From NCBI GenBank assembly GCA_000004985.1, contig GG738920.1: DNA of 64,000 nt. One strand, 5' to 3'. The notes beneath the pieces were generated by a model. It was not told the DNA's origin, did not search any database, and saw only the letters and a program-made list of their open reading frames with translations. Position numbers and translations under genes: made by a program. This DNA comes from Naegleria gruberi. Taxonomy: Eukaryota. Each line of letters opens with the position of its first letter. Within the stretch, counting starts at the first letter, position 1. Shown here piece by piece: positions 31,855-43,019 of the stretch.

Positions 31855-33536
31855 TTATTCTTCCTTCTTATCAGAAATTTCAGTAATTTCACTTGATGGA
31901 TTTACAGTTGAGTGTGGAAGCCAATCTGGAATTTTAACACCACCTTGTAATTGGATTCCTTCAAGCATTGGAGCAAAGGATTGAACCATCTTGATAATTG
32001 ATTGCATTGAGTCAGAATTCTTATCAGCATCACTTCCAGTATTCCAAATGTTGATTTTTGGATTAAGTCCCTTAACAGCTTCAGCACTTTGCTTGGCCAA
32101 TTCAGGATACAATCCACTATTCAAACCGAGGTAGAATTGAGTGAGAACTGGGTTTCTGCCACATGATTCGTAAATCATCTTGAGACCGTTGGCTTGAGCT
32201 TGCAAAGTGAGTTCAATAGCTTCGGCCTTCTTTCTTTCGGAATAGAAATGAGCATCGGCCATTCTTTCTTGAGCTTCAGCATCAACAATTGCCTTTGATA
32301 AACTTTCACTTCTCATAAATTCAAGTTGTTGTTCCTTCAATTTAGTATTGACAGATCTTTGCAATTCAGCTTGACGTTCCTTGGCAGCCATGTGAGATTC
32401 AATCTTGGCAATTTCTGACTTTCTAAGATTTTCAGCTTTAATAATTTCAAGTTCAGCATTAGAAATGGAGACTGATTTGGCATTTTCGTTTTCTGACAAT
32501 CTAGCCTCTTGTTCCAATTGAGCCATTCTAATTCTGGTATCTCTACGATTCAATTCCATTGTAACATCACCTTCCTTCTTGGCTTCACTGACATCGGCTT
32601 GTGATTGATAGTTGGCCTTTTCAATGGCAATTTGCTTTCTATATTCAAAGTACTTGTTTCTTTCGTCATAGTCAGACATTTCCTTAATGTTGGCATTGAA
32701 AATTGTCAAACCCAACAAGTTCAAATCCTTTTCAATAGAAGCAACAACTTCTTCCTTAAATCTTTCCTTTGAATTGAACATTTCTTCCACAGTTAATTTA
32801 GCAGTCAATCCTCTGGTTTCACCTTCAATAATACCAGCAATCCTATGATGAAAAATTTGATATTTCCAAAATTTAAAATTATTAAAACTTACAATGTTTC
32901 AATTTCCTTTGGAGTTGCTTCAGTAATCTTTTGACAATATTTGATAAATCCTTCCATTCCCTTATCAGTATTTGGATCGATAGGACCAATTGTGAAAGTA
33001 ACTAATTCCCAAAATTAATAATAATTAAAATAAGAGTTCAATGATCGAATCAACTCATTTTCACAATAGTTTAAACTACTTACCTGGCAAGTTGAATTCA
33101 ACCTTTTCCTTACTCATATTGTGCAAATTGAACTATTTCACAAAAAACACAATTTCTAATAAATTTTTCAAATATAATAACTTACAGTATAAGTCTTTGG
33201 ATTCATATTAACATATACATGCTTTTGCAATGGCCAAACAACAGCCTTCTTTGAAACACTCATATTTGTAATACCAATACCTGTTCTAACTAAATATTGA
33301 TTAGGCTGACAAATCTTATATCTAGAAACAGCCAATGCCAAAGCAGCAGCTCCTAACAAGACTGTAGTAATAGTCTTCTTTGGAATTCTACTATCGGATG
33401 ATGATCCATTATTATTACCATCTGATGATGATCCTCTGAAAGAATCATTTGAATTATTTAAAGCAGCATCTTGATTTTCATTATCATGATCGCCATAACT
33501 TGTTGGATCTCTCTGTGCTTTCTTCTTTCCGAACAT
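31855..33536 (-). CDS. Flotillin / SPFH (band-7) family protein. Four exons: 33536..33186, 33132..33084, 33001..32893 and 32842..31855.
   Basis: It has an N-terminal membrane anchor and an SPFH start (YLVRTGIGI). Exon 2 reads LHNMSKEKVEFNLP, matching flotillin LNVKSEKVYTRHGVP. Exon 4 reads LTAKLTVEEMFNSKERFKEEV, matching [20 protein letters not shown]. The E/A/Q-rich coiled-coil flotillin tail is present. The three GTAAGT introns (50-82 nt) connect phases 0, 1 and 2 correctly. Confidence 0.7.
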
Positions 33537-33863
33537 TTTTCAAAAAATTATTATTTTACAGCGAACGATGAAACTCTATTTTTTTTTGATTGGAAATTTG
33601 ATGATGACAATTATTTCAATCAATTTTTATTTGATTTTATTGTTCTGGTGAAGTTCATCTATTACAATTCAATCAAAGTTTAATTAAACTATTTTAATCG
33701 GATCTTGATGGAATCAATCTATTTGATCATGGTGTGTTTCATCATAAAGATCTTGACACTACTGACACAACCCATGTGAGATTACTTCATACTCGGAAGC
33801 AAACATGTCTCAGTCTCATTAGAAGCTTAATAATCTCCTGCTTCTTCTTACTTGCTGTTAATC

Positions 33864-34760
33864 ATGAATTTTGGAAAAAGTCCTTCGAAAATTCCTCCAA
33901 CAAGATTCCAATTCAACTCGAAAAACTCCTTAAAAAAAATGAGCAAACATTCCAACACTGAAAAATATCCGCTTCTCACAACTACTTCACAACATGCCTC
34001 CACACTTCGGAAATCGATTTACTACAAGCCAAGCTCAAAGGAGAGCAAATCTAATCGAAGGTCTTTATCAACAAGAGCAAAAAATTCAACACTGATTAGC
34101 AACACTAATTCATCAGATTTTCAAATTAGAAGAAATTCGAATGAAATGTTTTCTAATGATATTCTATGGGAAATTTTCTCATATCTTTCGATAGAGAGAA
34201 TTGAATTGCTGGATTCTATCGATTCTAAAGTGTTGGTTTCCAACTTGTCAGCTCTTGCCAAGTTGGGCTCTGCATGTCAACAATTCAGAAATGTCATGAA
34301 TGAGAGCAAATGTTGGGATGTGCTGTTCGAGCATTATGTATTTTTCTGCAGTGGAGAATATCATGGTTTGGCAAATCCAATGCTGTATTACAAGGCCCAG
34401 AGAAACAAGTTTGGAGATATGATATTGACATCCTGTCAAAAGAAACATTTCGTCATGTATGGAATTATGTTTGATTATATACGAAAGAGGCAATTATTTT
34501 CATCTCAATTCATGTCTGGATTAGTCAACAAGACCATCCATTCAATAGATTTCAAACACTACCCTCAGAGAAATATCATTCGAGCAACCAAATCAAGTAA
34601 CTCTCATATTGATCCATTATTTGCAAAGAGATGCCTTAGAAATCGAATAGAATCTCCAGAAAATAATAAGCAGAATCATGAAGTTTCACCAATTACTTCC
34701 TTCTCAATGAGGATTTTGTGTGGTTCAATATGTGGTGCGATTTTTTCTCCTTATGCTTAA
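33864..34760 (+). CDS. F-box-like domain protein (about 298 aa), hypothetical.
   Basis: An F-box-like motif is present (NDILWEIFSYLSIERIELLDSIDSKVLVSNLSALAKLGSACQQFRNVMNESKCWDVLF). The ORF's listed start is a TTG. The first ATG is at 33864. Confidence 0.45.
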   Translation: MNFGKSPSKIPPTRFQFNSKNSLKKMSKHSNTEKYPLLTTTSQHASTLRKSIYYKPSSKESKSNRRSLSTRAKNSTLISNTNSSDFQIRRNSNEMFSNDILWEIFSYLSIERIELLDSIDSKVLVSNLSALAKLGSACQQFRNVMNESKCWDVLFEHYVFFCSGEYHGLANPMLYYKAQRNKFGDMILTSCQKKHFVMYGIMFDYIRKRQLFSSQFMSGLVNKTIHSIDFKHYPQRNIIRATKSSNSHIDPLFAKRCLRNRIESPENNKQNHEVSPITSFSMRILCGSICGAIFSPYA

Positions 34761-34821
34761 TTCAAAAATTCCCGCCATTTTCCAAATCAAAACTTGTGCT
34801 TAAATTAATAAATCAAAAAAA

Positions 34822-36993
34822 ATGAAAAGAAACCATTCTGAAAGCATACCAACTGCAAAAAAGCAAAAAACTGGCGAGAATAAATTTATTGAGAATGTGC
34901 ACTTGTCAGTCTCATTGGAACTTATTTCCGAATTTTATAATGTTAGCGAAAAAACATTCAAACCCTCAAAGTCCAAACTCCGAGCCATCCTAAAAAAACA
35001 TCAAGTGGCAAACATTAAGGAAATCGAAAATCTAAAACTTCCAGCCCATTTTACTTTTACAACAAAGAGGATGGAAACTATTTTTAAATATACCTTGCAC
35101 GGATTTGGTATTACACTAAACAATTGCCAAACAAATCCTCTATTCGAAGAAAAGAAGGAAACCATCGAGAATATTCTAAGTTTATTACTCTCCTATCTTC
35201 AGAGCTCTGATATTGTGAGCCTTATTGACAAACTGAAAAAGGAAGGGCTAGTATTGAACAGGAAATATGAAGATTACAAATATAATGTTGAAATGCCTCT
35301 AAATAGTGATACCCTCAGACTAAAAACAATAGATAATTTAATTTTCAGCTCAATTATCCCTCCATTTCGAGATTCTATAGATACTACAAGCGAAATGGAA
35401 CTTTCTAGATTGTATTTCACACCAATGCTTAGCTTTACCTCTATTTTTTCTGATTGCTCTGGTGGATCGTAAGTTTTATATTCTGCATGCTAACAATATC
35501 AATCAGAAATTCCAGTATTAAGGATTTTGTTCATGTGGACAGTTTGGAAGCCAATCTACAGACCAGTATTCCAGATTTTAGACCTGATGATTTTACGCTT
35601 GTTAGTTTTGGAACTAGTTTTAAATGTATTCGAATAATAAGAGAAGATTCACCAGACACTTATGAAAACCATACTAGCCACAAGGACTTTATTGCCCTCG
35701 TATCTCAGATGAAAATGGCACTGTCGCAGGTTATGAGAAAATTGATCAAGAAAGACATTAAAGACTGGCACAAACAAATATTAGTCATGGGTATCACATC
35801 TGATAGTGTTGCTTCAAATTTATACACCTTACATTGTCAACCAAAGATGAGAGATGATGACACCATTCTACTTTCAAATTTTACTCTCTCATTCATTGGA
35901 TCGTATCAGCACAATGTCGTTAGTGATCGCATCCAGCTCATTTCTAGAATTATGACATCTCTTATTTATCCAAAGAATGAGGAAGTAAGGAACTATTTAA
36001 CGACACAGCACAGCCTTGTACAGTCTACAAAAAGGAATTATTTTTCATTTCCTGTATGGGATAGTTATTTCCAAAGAATCGAATATGATAAGGATTTTGA
36101 AATAATCCAAACTCGCTCAACCATCAAAAAAGGGAAAATTAACGGTTTTGAGTATTTCATTAAGTTTAACTCTAAGAATAACATTTATGAAAGTCCTCAT
36201 CATTATTCCTTTTTAACACTATATGCTCCAACACTTCAGACGTCTGAAGGTAACTGTTCACTTACACTTGCTGGAAAAAGCATGGCCAAACTCTTTGAAA
36301 AGATGAACGAGATTAATGTTATGGATTTTTTTATTGATATGCTAGTTCAGCTCTGTTATCTACAGGAAGGAAACTTTGTTCATAATGACATCAAGCCAGA
36401 AAATATTGTTCTCTATGACAATCATTGGTTTTTAATTGATTTTGAAATTGCAAAAAGGTATTCAGACTTTGACATTAACTCTGGAAAATGCCTTGGTAAT
36501 GATGATAAACCTATCACAACACAGAGTTTCTCAGAAGGTACGTTTTTAAATTCATTATATTCTTATCGTTTCAGGCTACAGATCTCCTGAGAGAGTTGAT
36601 TACAATCTAGTTTCCCCAAAGAGTGATATCTATGCGCTAGGTTTAGTAATATTAGAGATTATTCATAAGGAAAGATTAGAATCTTTAGAAGACAGAGAGG
36701 TTGTTTCCCAATATTTGGAAGAAGCTAGAACCAGTGTTTCAGATGAAACCACTAAAGATATTCTGTCAATTCTGAAAAAAAAGATACTCAGATCAGAGAA
36801 AAATAGACTTGATGCAATTAGTTTGTACCATCATCTTTTTGTTTCAACTGAGAAGAATGTTAATCCAAAACTGGGTCATTTCCGTGAACAGTGCAAGAAA
36901 GTGAAATCGTATTTTGGAAATAAGGAGTATTTCTCCTCTCGCACAACCAAAGAAAGAAAGGTTGTCAGGACCCTTAGTTTTTCAGAAATGTGA
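34822..36993 (+). CDS. Divergent protein kinase. Three exons: 34822..35468, 35507..36537 and 36575..36993, about 698 aa.
   Basis: It has a catalytic-loop HNDIKPENIVL, DFE in place of DFG (LIDFEIAK), then, after a 37-nt GTACGT...CAG intron, GYRSPE (APE-like) and SDIYALGLVILEI (subdomain IX). The first intron is GTAAGT...CAG. An alternative acceptor 9 nt downstream is equally in frame. Confidence 0.55.
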
Positions 36994-37025
36994 ATTCAGT
37001 GAGATTTCACTCAATATTTAATTTA

Positions 37026-38174
37026 TTATTTAAATATTTTTTCAAAGTACCTTTTGACAGTCTTATTTTGAAATATTACAACAGACTTGAATGCACTACC
37101 CTGCCTTAATATGTTTGATCTGTAAATCATTTTCTCTGTTTCCTCTGTAATATATTGGGGTAACGTGTGATTACCATTAGGGTCTTTGATTAGCTCAGCA
37201 GCTTTCGTCATAATTATTTCTCTAATTTTGTTGGGTAATAAAGCGATTGTTCGTGTAATTAACTGATCAATAATTGTTTCTAAACAACGAAAGTCCATTC
37301 GCCCACCATTAGATTTGAGACAGTAGCGAGCATAGCCCAAATAGACAGCCTTTGTTCCAGTAATATCTAAAACTCTTGTTATGGTATCATTATTTGTGAG
37401 ATTCAGCTTGTTAAGATACTTTACTCCAAATTCATGCGAGGGTTCTAAAAGTTCTGTTGTCCACAATCTGCCGCCTGCTGTATCTAGACCAGTATAATAA
37501 CCATCAGAAATGACTATTAGCAACCCGACTTGGCGTTCTGTGTTTTCTCTAACCATGTCAATAAATTGTTCAGTTATTTTCCTGTTTCTATTTGCATTAT
37601 CAATGATTAAAATTGGACATTGGCCTTTCTGATTCTGATGAGCCAAGGCAATGAACTGATTAATTGCTAGTTGGATATCTGACCACCTTGCTTCATCATC
37701 AACAACTAAATTCATGAGCTTGGCCAACTCCTTAATTGTTGTTGTTTTGGAGAGACTTACCAACAAGTAAGGAAATGGTTCAAGTAATCTCAAACTCTCC
37801 TTCAGCATTGTTGTTTTTCCAATCCCACTCTCTCCATAAAATCCTCTCATACTCAACTCACAACGTTGCATTGATTTCAATGTGTTGGTGAATAAATCAG
37901 AGAATTCATTTGTAACAATAAAAGGATTGCTTTGGATTTGGGAAGAGTAGAAACTCTGATTCAATCTAGCAACATTATCAACAATCGGACTAACAGTTTC
38001 AACTTTTTTCTCTCTGGAATAAATGTTCGAGTTTAAGCCATTCAGTACTGCAACAATAAGCGATACAACACCCACCACAACAATTCCAACCTCTTTGTAT
38101 TGTTTTATAAATTTCTCTTTTTGCCTTTCCTCTTGCTTGATTACTTGTTGATTATCAGCACGAACGGTGGACAT
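37026..38174 (-). CDS. Membrane-anchored P-loop NTPase (382 aa), hypothetical.
   Basis: It has an N-terminal TM (VGIVVVGVVSLIVAVLNGL), Walker A GESGIGKTT and a Walker-B-like ILIIDNAN. ATG at 38174..38172. It is convergent with the kinase gene, with 32 nt between their stops. Confidence 0.45.
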   Translation of the reverse strand: MSTVRADNQQVIKQEERQKEKFIKQYKEVGIVVVGVVSLIVAVLNGLNSNIYSREKKVETVSPIVDNVARLNQSFYSSQIQSNPFIVTNEFSDLFTNTLKSMQRCELSMRGFYGESGIGKTTMLKESLRLLEPFPYLLVSLSKTTTIKELAKLMNLVVDDEARWSDIQLAINQFIALAHQNQKGQCPILIIDNANRNRKITEQFIDMVRENTERQVGLLIVISDGYYTGLDTAGGRLWTTELLEPSHEFGVKYLNKLNLTNNDTITRVLDITGTKAVYLGYARYCLKSNGGRMDFRCLETIIDQLITRTIALLPNKIREIIMTKAAELIKDPNGNHTLPQYITEETEKMIYRSNILRQGSAFKSVVIFQNKTVKRYFEKIFK

Positions 38175-38372
38175 TAATGTAGTTAATTTTTTTTAAGGTT
38201 TTTCTTTATTATCACCAACATTATTTGTTGCTTATTTAATGCCGTTCATTGGTACTAAGTATATCAATGCTATTTTACTCAAATATAGTCGTTTTATTTT
38301 TAGATTGAGAAAAATCAAAAAAAATGATTCGTTCTGATCTTTATTCATTCTTCTTTCTATTTTTCTATTAAA

Positions 38373-38744
38373 ATGTATTTTCCGAAGGATTTAAAGAGAT
38401 TTCTGATCTATTTTATGCCTCCAATGGTATTACGGATGATCATAATGAAATTAATAAGAGAAGTGGGTATTTTCGTACAGTGGAATATAGTGAAATTTTC
38501 AAAGGGTGATGATAGTGTGGAAGTTGAAAAACAATTTTTAAATTTCACCGAGAAGGAAAAGAATTATAGACTTATCTTGTTTGTGATACATTCAACTTTT
38601 AAGGAAATGAACAACAAGATTGAAAAAACCATTGAAAATGTTATTGAGGAGGCTGGTTATGAGAAGGAGAATACCATGGTGGTTGTTCATTCAGATGAAA
38701 GTAATTTCTATCAGGGTTTGGAGTGGTTGTTCCAGAAGAAATGA
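38373..38744 (+). CDS. Small hypothetical protein (123 aa).
   Basis: An ATG-initiated ORF with no recognisable motif. Confidence 0.25.
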   Translation: MYFPKDLKRFLIYFMPPMVLRMIIMKLIREVGIFVQWNIVKFSKGDDSVEVEKQFLNFTEKEKNYRLILFVIHSTFKEMNNKIEKTIENVIEEAGYEKENTMVVVHSDESNFYQGLEWLFQKK

Positions 38745-38787
38745 ATTTATTTCATATAATCACATTAGATATAAGAGTTACATTATT

Positions 38788-40293
38788 TTAGCACTTTGCT
38801 CCATGGAACATGTATTCCATTCTTGCTTCATATAGGTCGTTTCTATATGTACATGTGTAGCCAGTTAGTTGAGCAACTTTTTTCGCAAATTCCTTATTAT
38901 CCATTTCTGCATTCCTAAGATCTAGCACATTATTGCTACTTATCCTGATTGCTTCCAATACAAAATCTTGAGAAAATCTCAATTCGTTTGTAATATATTT
39001 CAAAATTGGTTCAGTGGTTTCATTGATAATCTCAAACATGAATGGTGCACAACTTTTTAATTCATCAGGAACTCTAGTCAATTGTAATGCTGATTTTTTC
39101 ACAGCCTCTTTTACAACTTGTCTGTTCATCTCATGCTCAACAGGAATCCAATTCCCTCCCCTTATACTAATCAAAGCAAGTTCAACATCATTATTTCGTA
39201 AATCATCAGAAGCATACGAGTAAACAACGCTGTACTTCTCAATTGCTTTTTTCATAAAATCTCGATCACTTCTAATTCTCTCAGAAGCATAAGCAAGAGA
39301 GTGACAATGATTATTCAGTGCGCAAGTAACAATTTCGAAATCATCTCTGTATTCCTCATTGAGAAACTGAAGAGATAAACCATTCATCTTGACCATATGC
39401 ATAGCAATTTCTCTTTCGCTCATATGGTCCATCGAACTATCTTGTGCAATTTTACGAAACATTTTCATTATAAAAGAAGTATCATTCCTCAATCGTTCAG
39501 AAGCAAACATTAGAGCTGCCAAATCTGTTCGTGCAACAAGTTCAAATATATCCTCATCGTCCTGAAATGCATGTTCTAAATTTTCCAATATCCATGCATC
39601 ATTGCGTAATGCTGTGATTACTATCTCTCTATCATTCTGGAAATGATCAGGAGCTGCGAAAATGTCAACAGGACAAATCTCAACAGCTTTCAACACAAAA
39701 CTTCTGTCATTAATCAAAGATTTAGATAATCTACGCAATACTCCACCATCCTTTCCAATAAACTGCATATATTCAATTGCAAGATCCTCTCCAATATTTG
39801 CCAATCCTCCACAATCCTGAACTCTCTTTTTGATATCTTGATATTTTGAATTGGCGTAACTATTGATTGAATTAGTTTCTTTCTGGCAATTCTTAATATG
39901 ACATTGTAATTGTTCTCTAATGCCCAACCTAATCAGATCTGGATGAATTCGTGGTAATAGATATTCCAATGGGCTCACACCTCCAAATGAGCAAGTCGTT
40001 GTAATTAAATAACCATTGTTTACCAGTTTTGAAAACACTTTTTGAATAGTTTCTTCATCATTGGCATATTCAATAGGAAGATAGTACAAATCATGAACAA
40101 TAGTTTCCCTCCGAATCAGCCACTTTAACTTTCCCTCTTGTTGTGATGAGAATTTTTCTCTCAGCTTGTTCGATAGAAATAATAGTCGTACTAATGTTGT
40201 TGTTGTTGTTTTTGTTGTAGTAGATGAATGTTCATCATCATTATCATGAAAAGTAAAATGAACGAGAGATTTATCTGTAATGGTAATCATCAT
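38788..40293 (-). CDS. DUF4116-repeat protein (501 aa).
   Basis: There are five or more tandem DUF4116-like units (DREIVITALRNDAWILENLEHAFQDDEDIFELV, ...ASERLRNDTSFIMKMF..., ...YASERIRSDRDFMKKAIE..., ...YASDDLRNNDVELALISI...). ATG at 40293..40291. Confidence 0.5.
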   Translation of the reverse strand: MMITITDKSLVHFTFHDNDDEHSSTTTKTTTTTLVRLLFLSNKLREKFSSQQEGKLKWLIRRETIVHDLYYLPIEYANDEETIQKVFSKLVNNGYLITTTCSFGGVSPLEYLLPRIHPDLIRLGIREQLQCHIKNCQKETNSINSYANSKYQDIKKRVQDCGGLANIGEDLAIEYMQFIGKDGGVLRRLSKSLINDRSFVLKAVEICPVDIFAAPDHFQNDREIVITALRNDAWILENLEHAFQDDEDIFELVARTDLAALMFASERLRNDTSFIMKMFRKIAQDSSMDHMSEREIAMHMVKMNGLSLQFLNEEYRDDFEIVTCALNNHCHSLAYASERIRSDRDFMKKAIEKYSVVYSYASDDLRNNDVELALISIRGGNWIPVEHEMNRQVVKEAVKKSALQLTRVPDELKSCAPFMFEIINETTEPILKYITNELRFSQDFVLEAIRISSNNVLDLRNAEMDNKEFAKKVAQLTGYTCTYRNDLYEARMEYMFHGAKC

Positions 40294-40500
40294 GCGGTGT
40301 TGTTGAATTGTTTTCTTGTATTTTTGAAAAATGAGTTTTTTGAAAAGAAATATTTCCTACAAGAATTTGTGATTTTCCATCCACAAGATAAATAATCTAT
40401 TTAAGAGTCTACTTTTGAATTTGAAACTAAAGTTTTCTTCCAAAGTCTCAAAGTAAAATTGTTGTTTTAAAAATATACAAAGTGACTCACTTTCATACTT

Positions 40501-41110
40501 CTACTTATTAAGTGATGTCAATTGTTTCATATCACTTATTGATTTGACTCCTTCATCACCAATTTGATTGTAATTAATACTAAGTGATGTTAATTGTTTC
40601 ATTTCACTTATTGATTTGGCTCCTTCTGCACCAATTCGATTGTTTGAAATATTAAGTGATGTCAATTGTTTCAATTCACTTATTGATTTGACTCCTTCAT
40701 CACCAATTCCATTGTTTGAAATATTAAGTGATGTTAATTGTTTCATTTCGCTTATTAATTTGACTCCTTCATCACCAATTCCATTGTTTGAAATATTAAG
40801 TGATGTCAATTGTTTCAATTCACTTATTAATTTGACTCCTTCATCTCCAATTCGATTGTAATTAATATTAAGTGATGTTAATTGTTTCATTTCACTTATT
40901 GATTTGACTCCTTCTGCACCAATATCATTTAAACTTATATCAAGTGATGTCAATTGTTTCAATTCACTTATTAATTTGACTCCTTCGTCACCAATTCGAT
41001 TGTTTGACATATTAAGTGATGTCAATTGTTTCAATTCACTTATTAATTTGACTCCTTCATCACCAATTCCATTGTCAGAAATAATAAGCGATGTTAATTG
41101 TTTCATTTCA
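40501..41110. repeat. Tandem 72-bp repeat array (about 8.5 copies, roughly 90% identity) encoding the LRR units of the F-box/LRR gene.
   Basis: Repeated units ttaagtgatgtYaattgtttcaWttcacttattRatttgactccttcatcaccaattcSattgtttgaaata occur at 40507, 40579, 40651, 40723, 40795, 40867, 40939 and 41011. Confidence 0.8.
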
Positions 41111-41505
41111 CTTATGAATTTCGCTTTTTCTATCGAGCCAAACAACCATGCAGAAAATTTAACATTAACAATACTATTCATAAATTGACTGTTCATGAAT
41201 AATTCAATTCTTTTCTCTGTAAATTTCTTTTTAAATTGAATAACAAGTTTTGAACGTTCCTTGATCACATTAAAGAATTGTTTTGAAATCAAGGAACAAT
41301 TATTCAAAATAAACCACGAATCATCAATCATGGAAATTATTTCAAAACAAACATCATCTGAAAATATTTCCTGTTCGAGTTTCACAACTTTTTTTGCCTT
41401 CTCTTCCAAACTCTTATTATGATTATTAAAATCGATCGTGAGTAGTTGTTCCTCCGAATTAATTAATTGATAATTTTCCAAATCTTGTCTCTTTCGTTTG
41501 CTCAT
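40501..41505 (-). CDS. F-box-like protein with RI-type leucine-rich repeats (about 334 aa), a paralogue of the gene at 6440..7861.
   Basis: The first ATG at 41505 gives MSKRKRQDLENYQ...DDVCFEIISMIDD (F-box-like). The C-terminal region has about 8.5 near-identical 24-aa units (LTSLNISNNGIGDEGVKLISEMKQ). Confidence 0.55.
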   Translation of the reverse strand: MSKRKRQDLENYQLINSEEQLLTIDFNNHNKSLEEKAKKVVKLEQEIFSDDVCFEIISMIDDSWFILNNCSLISKQFFNVIKERSKLVIQFKKKFTEKRIELFMNSQFMNSIVNVKFSAWLFGSIEKAKFISEMKQLTSLIISDNGIGDEGVKLISELKQLTSLNMSNNRIGDEGVKLISELKQLTSLDISLNDIGAEGVKSISEMKQLTSLNINYNRIGDEGVKLISELKQLTSLNISNNGIGDEGVKLISEMKQLTSLNISNNGIGDEGVKSISELKQLTSLNISNNRIGAEGAKSISEMKQLTSLSINYNQIGDEGVKSISDMKQLTSLNK

Positions 41506-41667
41506 TTTTTTGATATCTCCAAAATCAAATATCAAGAAAGCGAGATGATGTTTTAGCTTGTTAATATCATGGAGATTGTTTTTGTTGAATCGGATGATGA
41601 ATTTGCAAATCAAGTTTCCTCTTTGTTTCAATTTACAATGAGCATTCTCTAAACAACTTTAAAAAAA

Positions 41668-43011
41668 ATGCATGAAAATCAACAAGCAACCTCTAATGGC
41701 AACTCAAAAGATGAAGCAACAATAAACAACTCATCGGGTTGTAGTAGTAATAGTAATAGTGGCAGCAACACCATCATCAGTAGGGAAGAAAATTCATCAG
41801 AAGAAACTAGAGAATTATTGCAACAATTTTGTGAGAAATACAACATTCCACTCAGTGAATATTATCCATCATCGGAACAAGACGATTTTATTGAAAAGAA
41901 CGAATCGATACGGTATATTAGATTATCGTCATGTTTAAATGATGAGGGAATTTTAAATTGTTTAAATTCAATTGAAAAACAATGTGGAGTCAAGCCTTTG
42001 AATATTCAAAATATGGAAAAGAATTATTATCAAATTTATACACTCCCAAAGACAATTAATATTTCAAATTTGGAGGAATATAAGAAGGGAAATGTTTTTG
42101 GTGTGGATATTAGTAGTATTTATTGTATCTTGTCGTTGGAGAAGATTTTCATGAATGATGATAACAATCAATCAAATAGTTTGAATATTTTGCCAAATGT
42201 TTTGGATGTTTGTACTGCTCCAGGGACTAAATCATGTCTGATTTATGACCTGTTTAAATGTAAAAATTCTAGAGTTAACACGATTACTGGAATTGATGTT
42301 TCATATCATAGAATAATGACATGCAAGAATATTTTTAAAAAGTATAATATTAATGATATTAGACTGATATATGCTGATGGTACACGTTATTCGAATGTGG
42401 AAAAACCAACAAGAATGAAAAGATTTAAATACATTGAAAAAGTTAAGGAATTACCAGATAATGGTATTTTAATTTATGAAAAATATGGAAATTCAAAGAG
42501 GAAAGATCTTAAGGAAGAGACCAAACAACCACCAAAGAATATTTTTGATACACTAGCTCCAAAGTATGACATTATTGTAGTTGATGCAGAATGTAGCACT
42601 GATGGAAGAGTTGAGCATTACCGCAGAAATTTCAAACAAATTGACTATACGTTGAATAATATGGACAACATTGTGGATTTACAAAAGAAATTACTGGAGA
42701 ATGCCTACATTAATTGTCTAGCTCCATATGATGGAATTTCTAATAAGCATGGAGTTGTTCTGTATTGTACATGCTCCTTCACTAGGGAGCAGAACGAAGA
42801 TGTAGTTCAATACATATTGGACAAGTATAGGGAAGATACCAATCAACAACCAGAACTTATTCATCCATTCATTGATAGTCCAGTTCTCCAACATTTAGAT
42901 ATTCCATATGTGGAATCTCAGGTGTTGCCAAAAACAATAAGAATTATTCCATCTAAATCTCAAAGCAATACTTGTCTTTATATTGCGCTCATTAGGAAAC
43001 ACAAGAGGTAA
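41668..43011 (+). CDS. NOL1/NOP2/Sun (NSUN) family RNA cytosine-C5 methyltransferase (447 aa).
   Basis: It has the SAM-binding motif DVCTAPGTKS (DxCAAPGGKT type), motif IV IIVVDAECSTDG and motif VI VVLYCTCSFTREQNEDVV (TCS catalytic Cys). Confidence 0.55.
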   Translation: MHENQQATSNGNSKDEATINNSSGCSSNSNSGSNTIISREENSSEETRELLQQFCEKYNIPLSEYYPSSEQDDFIEKNESIRYIRLSSCLNDEGILNCLNSIEKQCGVKPLNIQNMEKNYYQIYTLPKTINISNLEEYKKGNVFGVDISSIYCILSLEKIFMNDDNNQSNSLNILPNVLDVCTAPGTKSCLIYDLFKCKNSRVNTITGIDVSYHRIMTCKNIFKKYNINDIRLIYADGTRYSNVEKPTRMKRFKYIEKVKELPDNGILIYEKYGNSKRKDLKEETKQPPKNIFDTLAPKYDIIVVDAECSTDGRVEHYRRNFKQIDYTLNNMDNIVDLQKKLLENAYINCLAPYDGISNKHGVVLYCTCSFTREQNEDVVQYILDKYREDTNQQPELIHPFIDSPVLQHLDIPYVESQVLPKTIRIIPSKSQSNTCLYIALIRKHKR

Positions 43012-43019
43012 TAAAAGTA

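Noticed and set aside
33071-33090. Sequence acttacctggcaag, which resembles the 5' end of U1 snRNA.
   Set aside because: It is simply the reverse complement of the flotillin exon 2 donor junction (CTTGCCAG|GTAAGT), which is inherently U1-complementary. No snRNA body follows.
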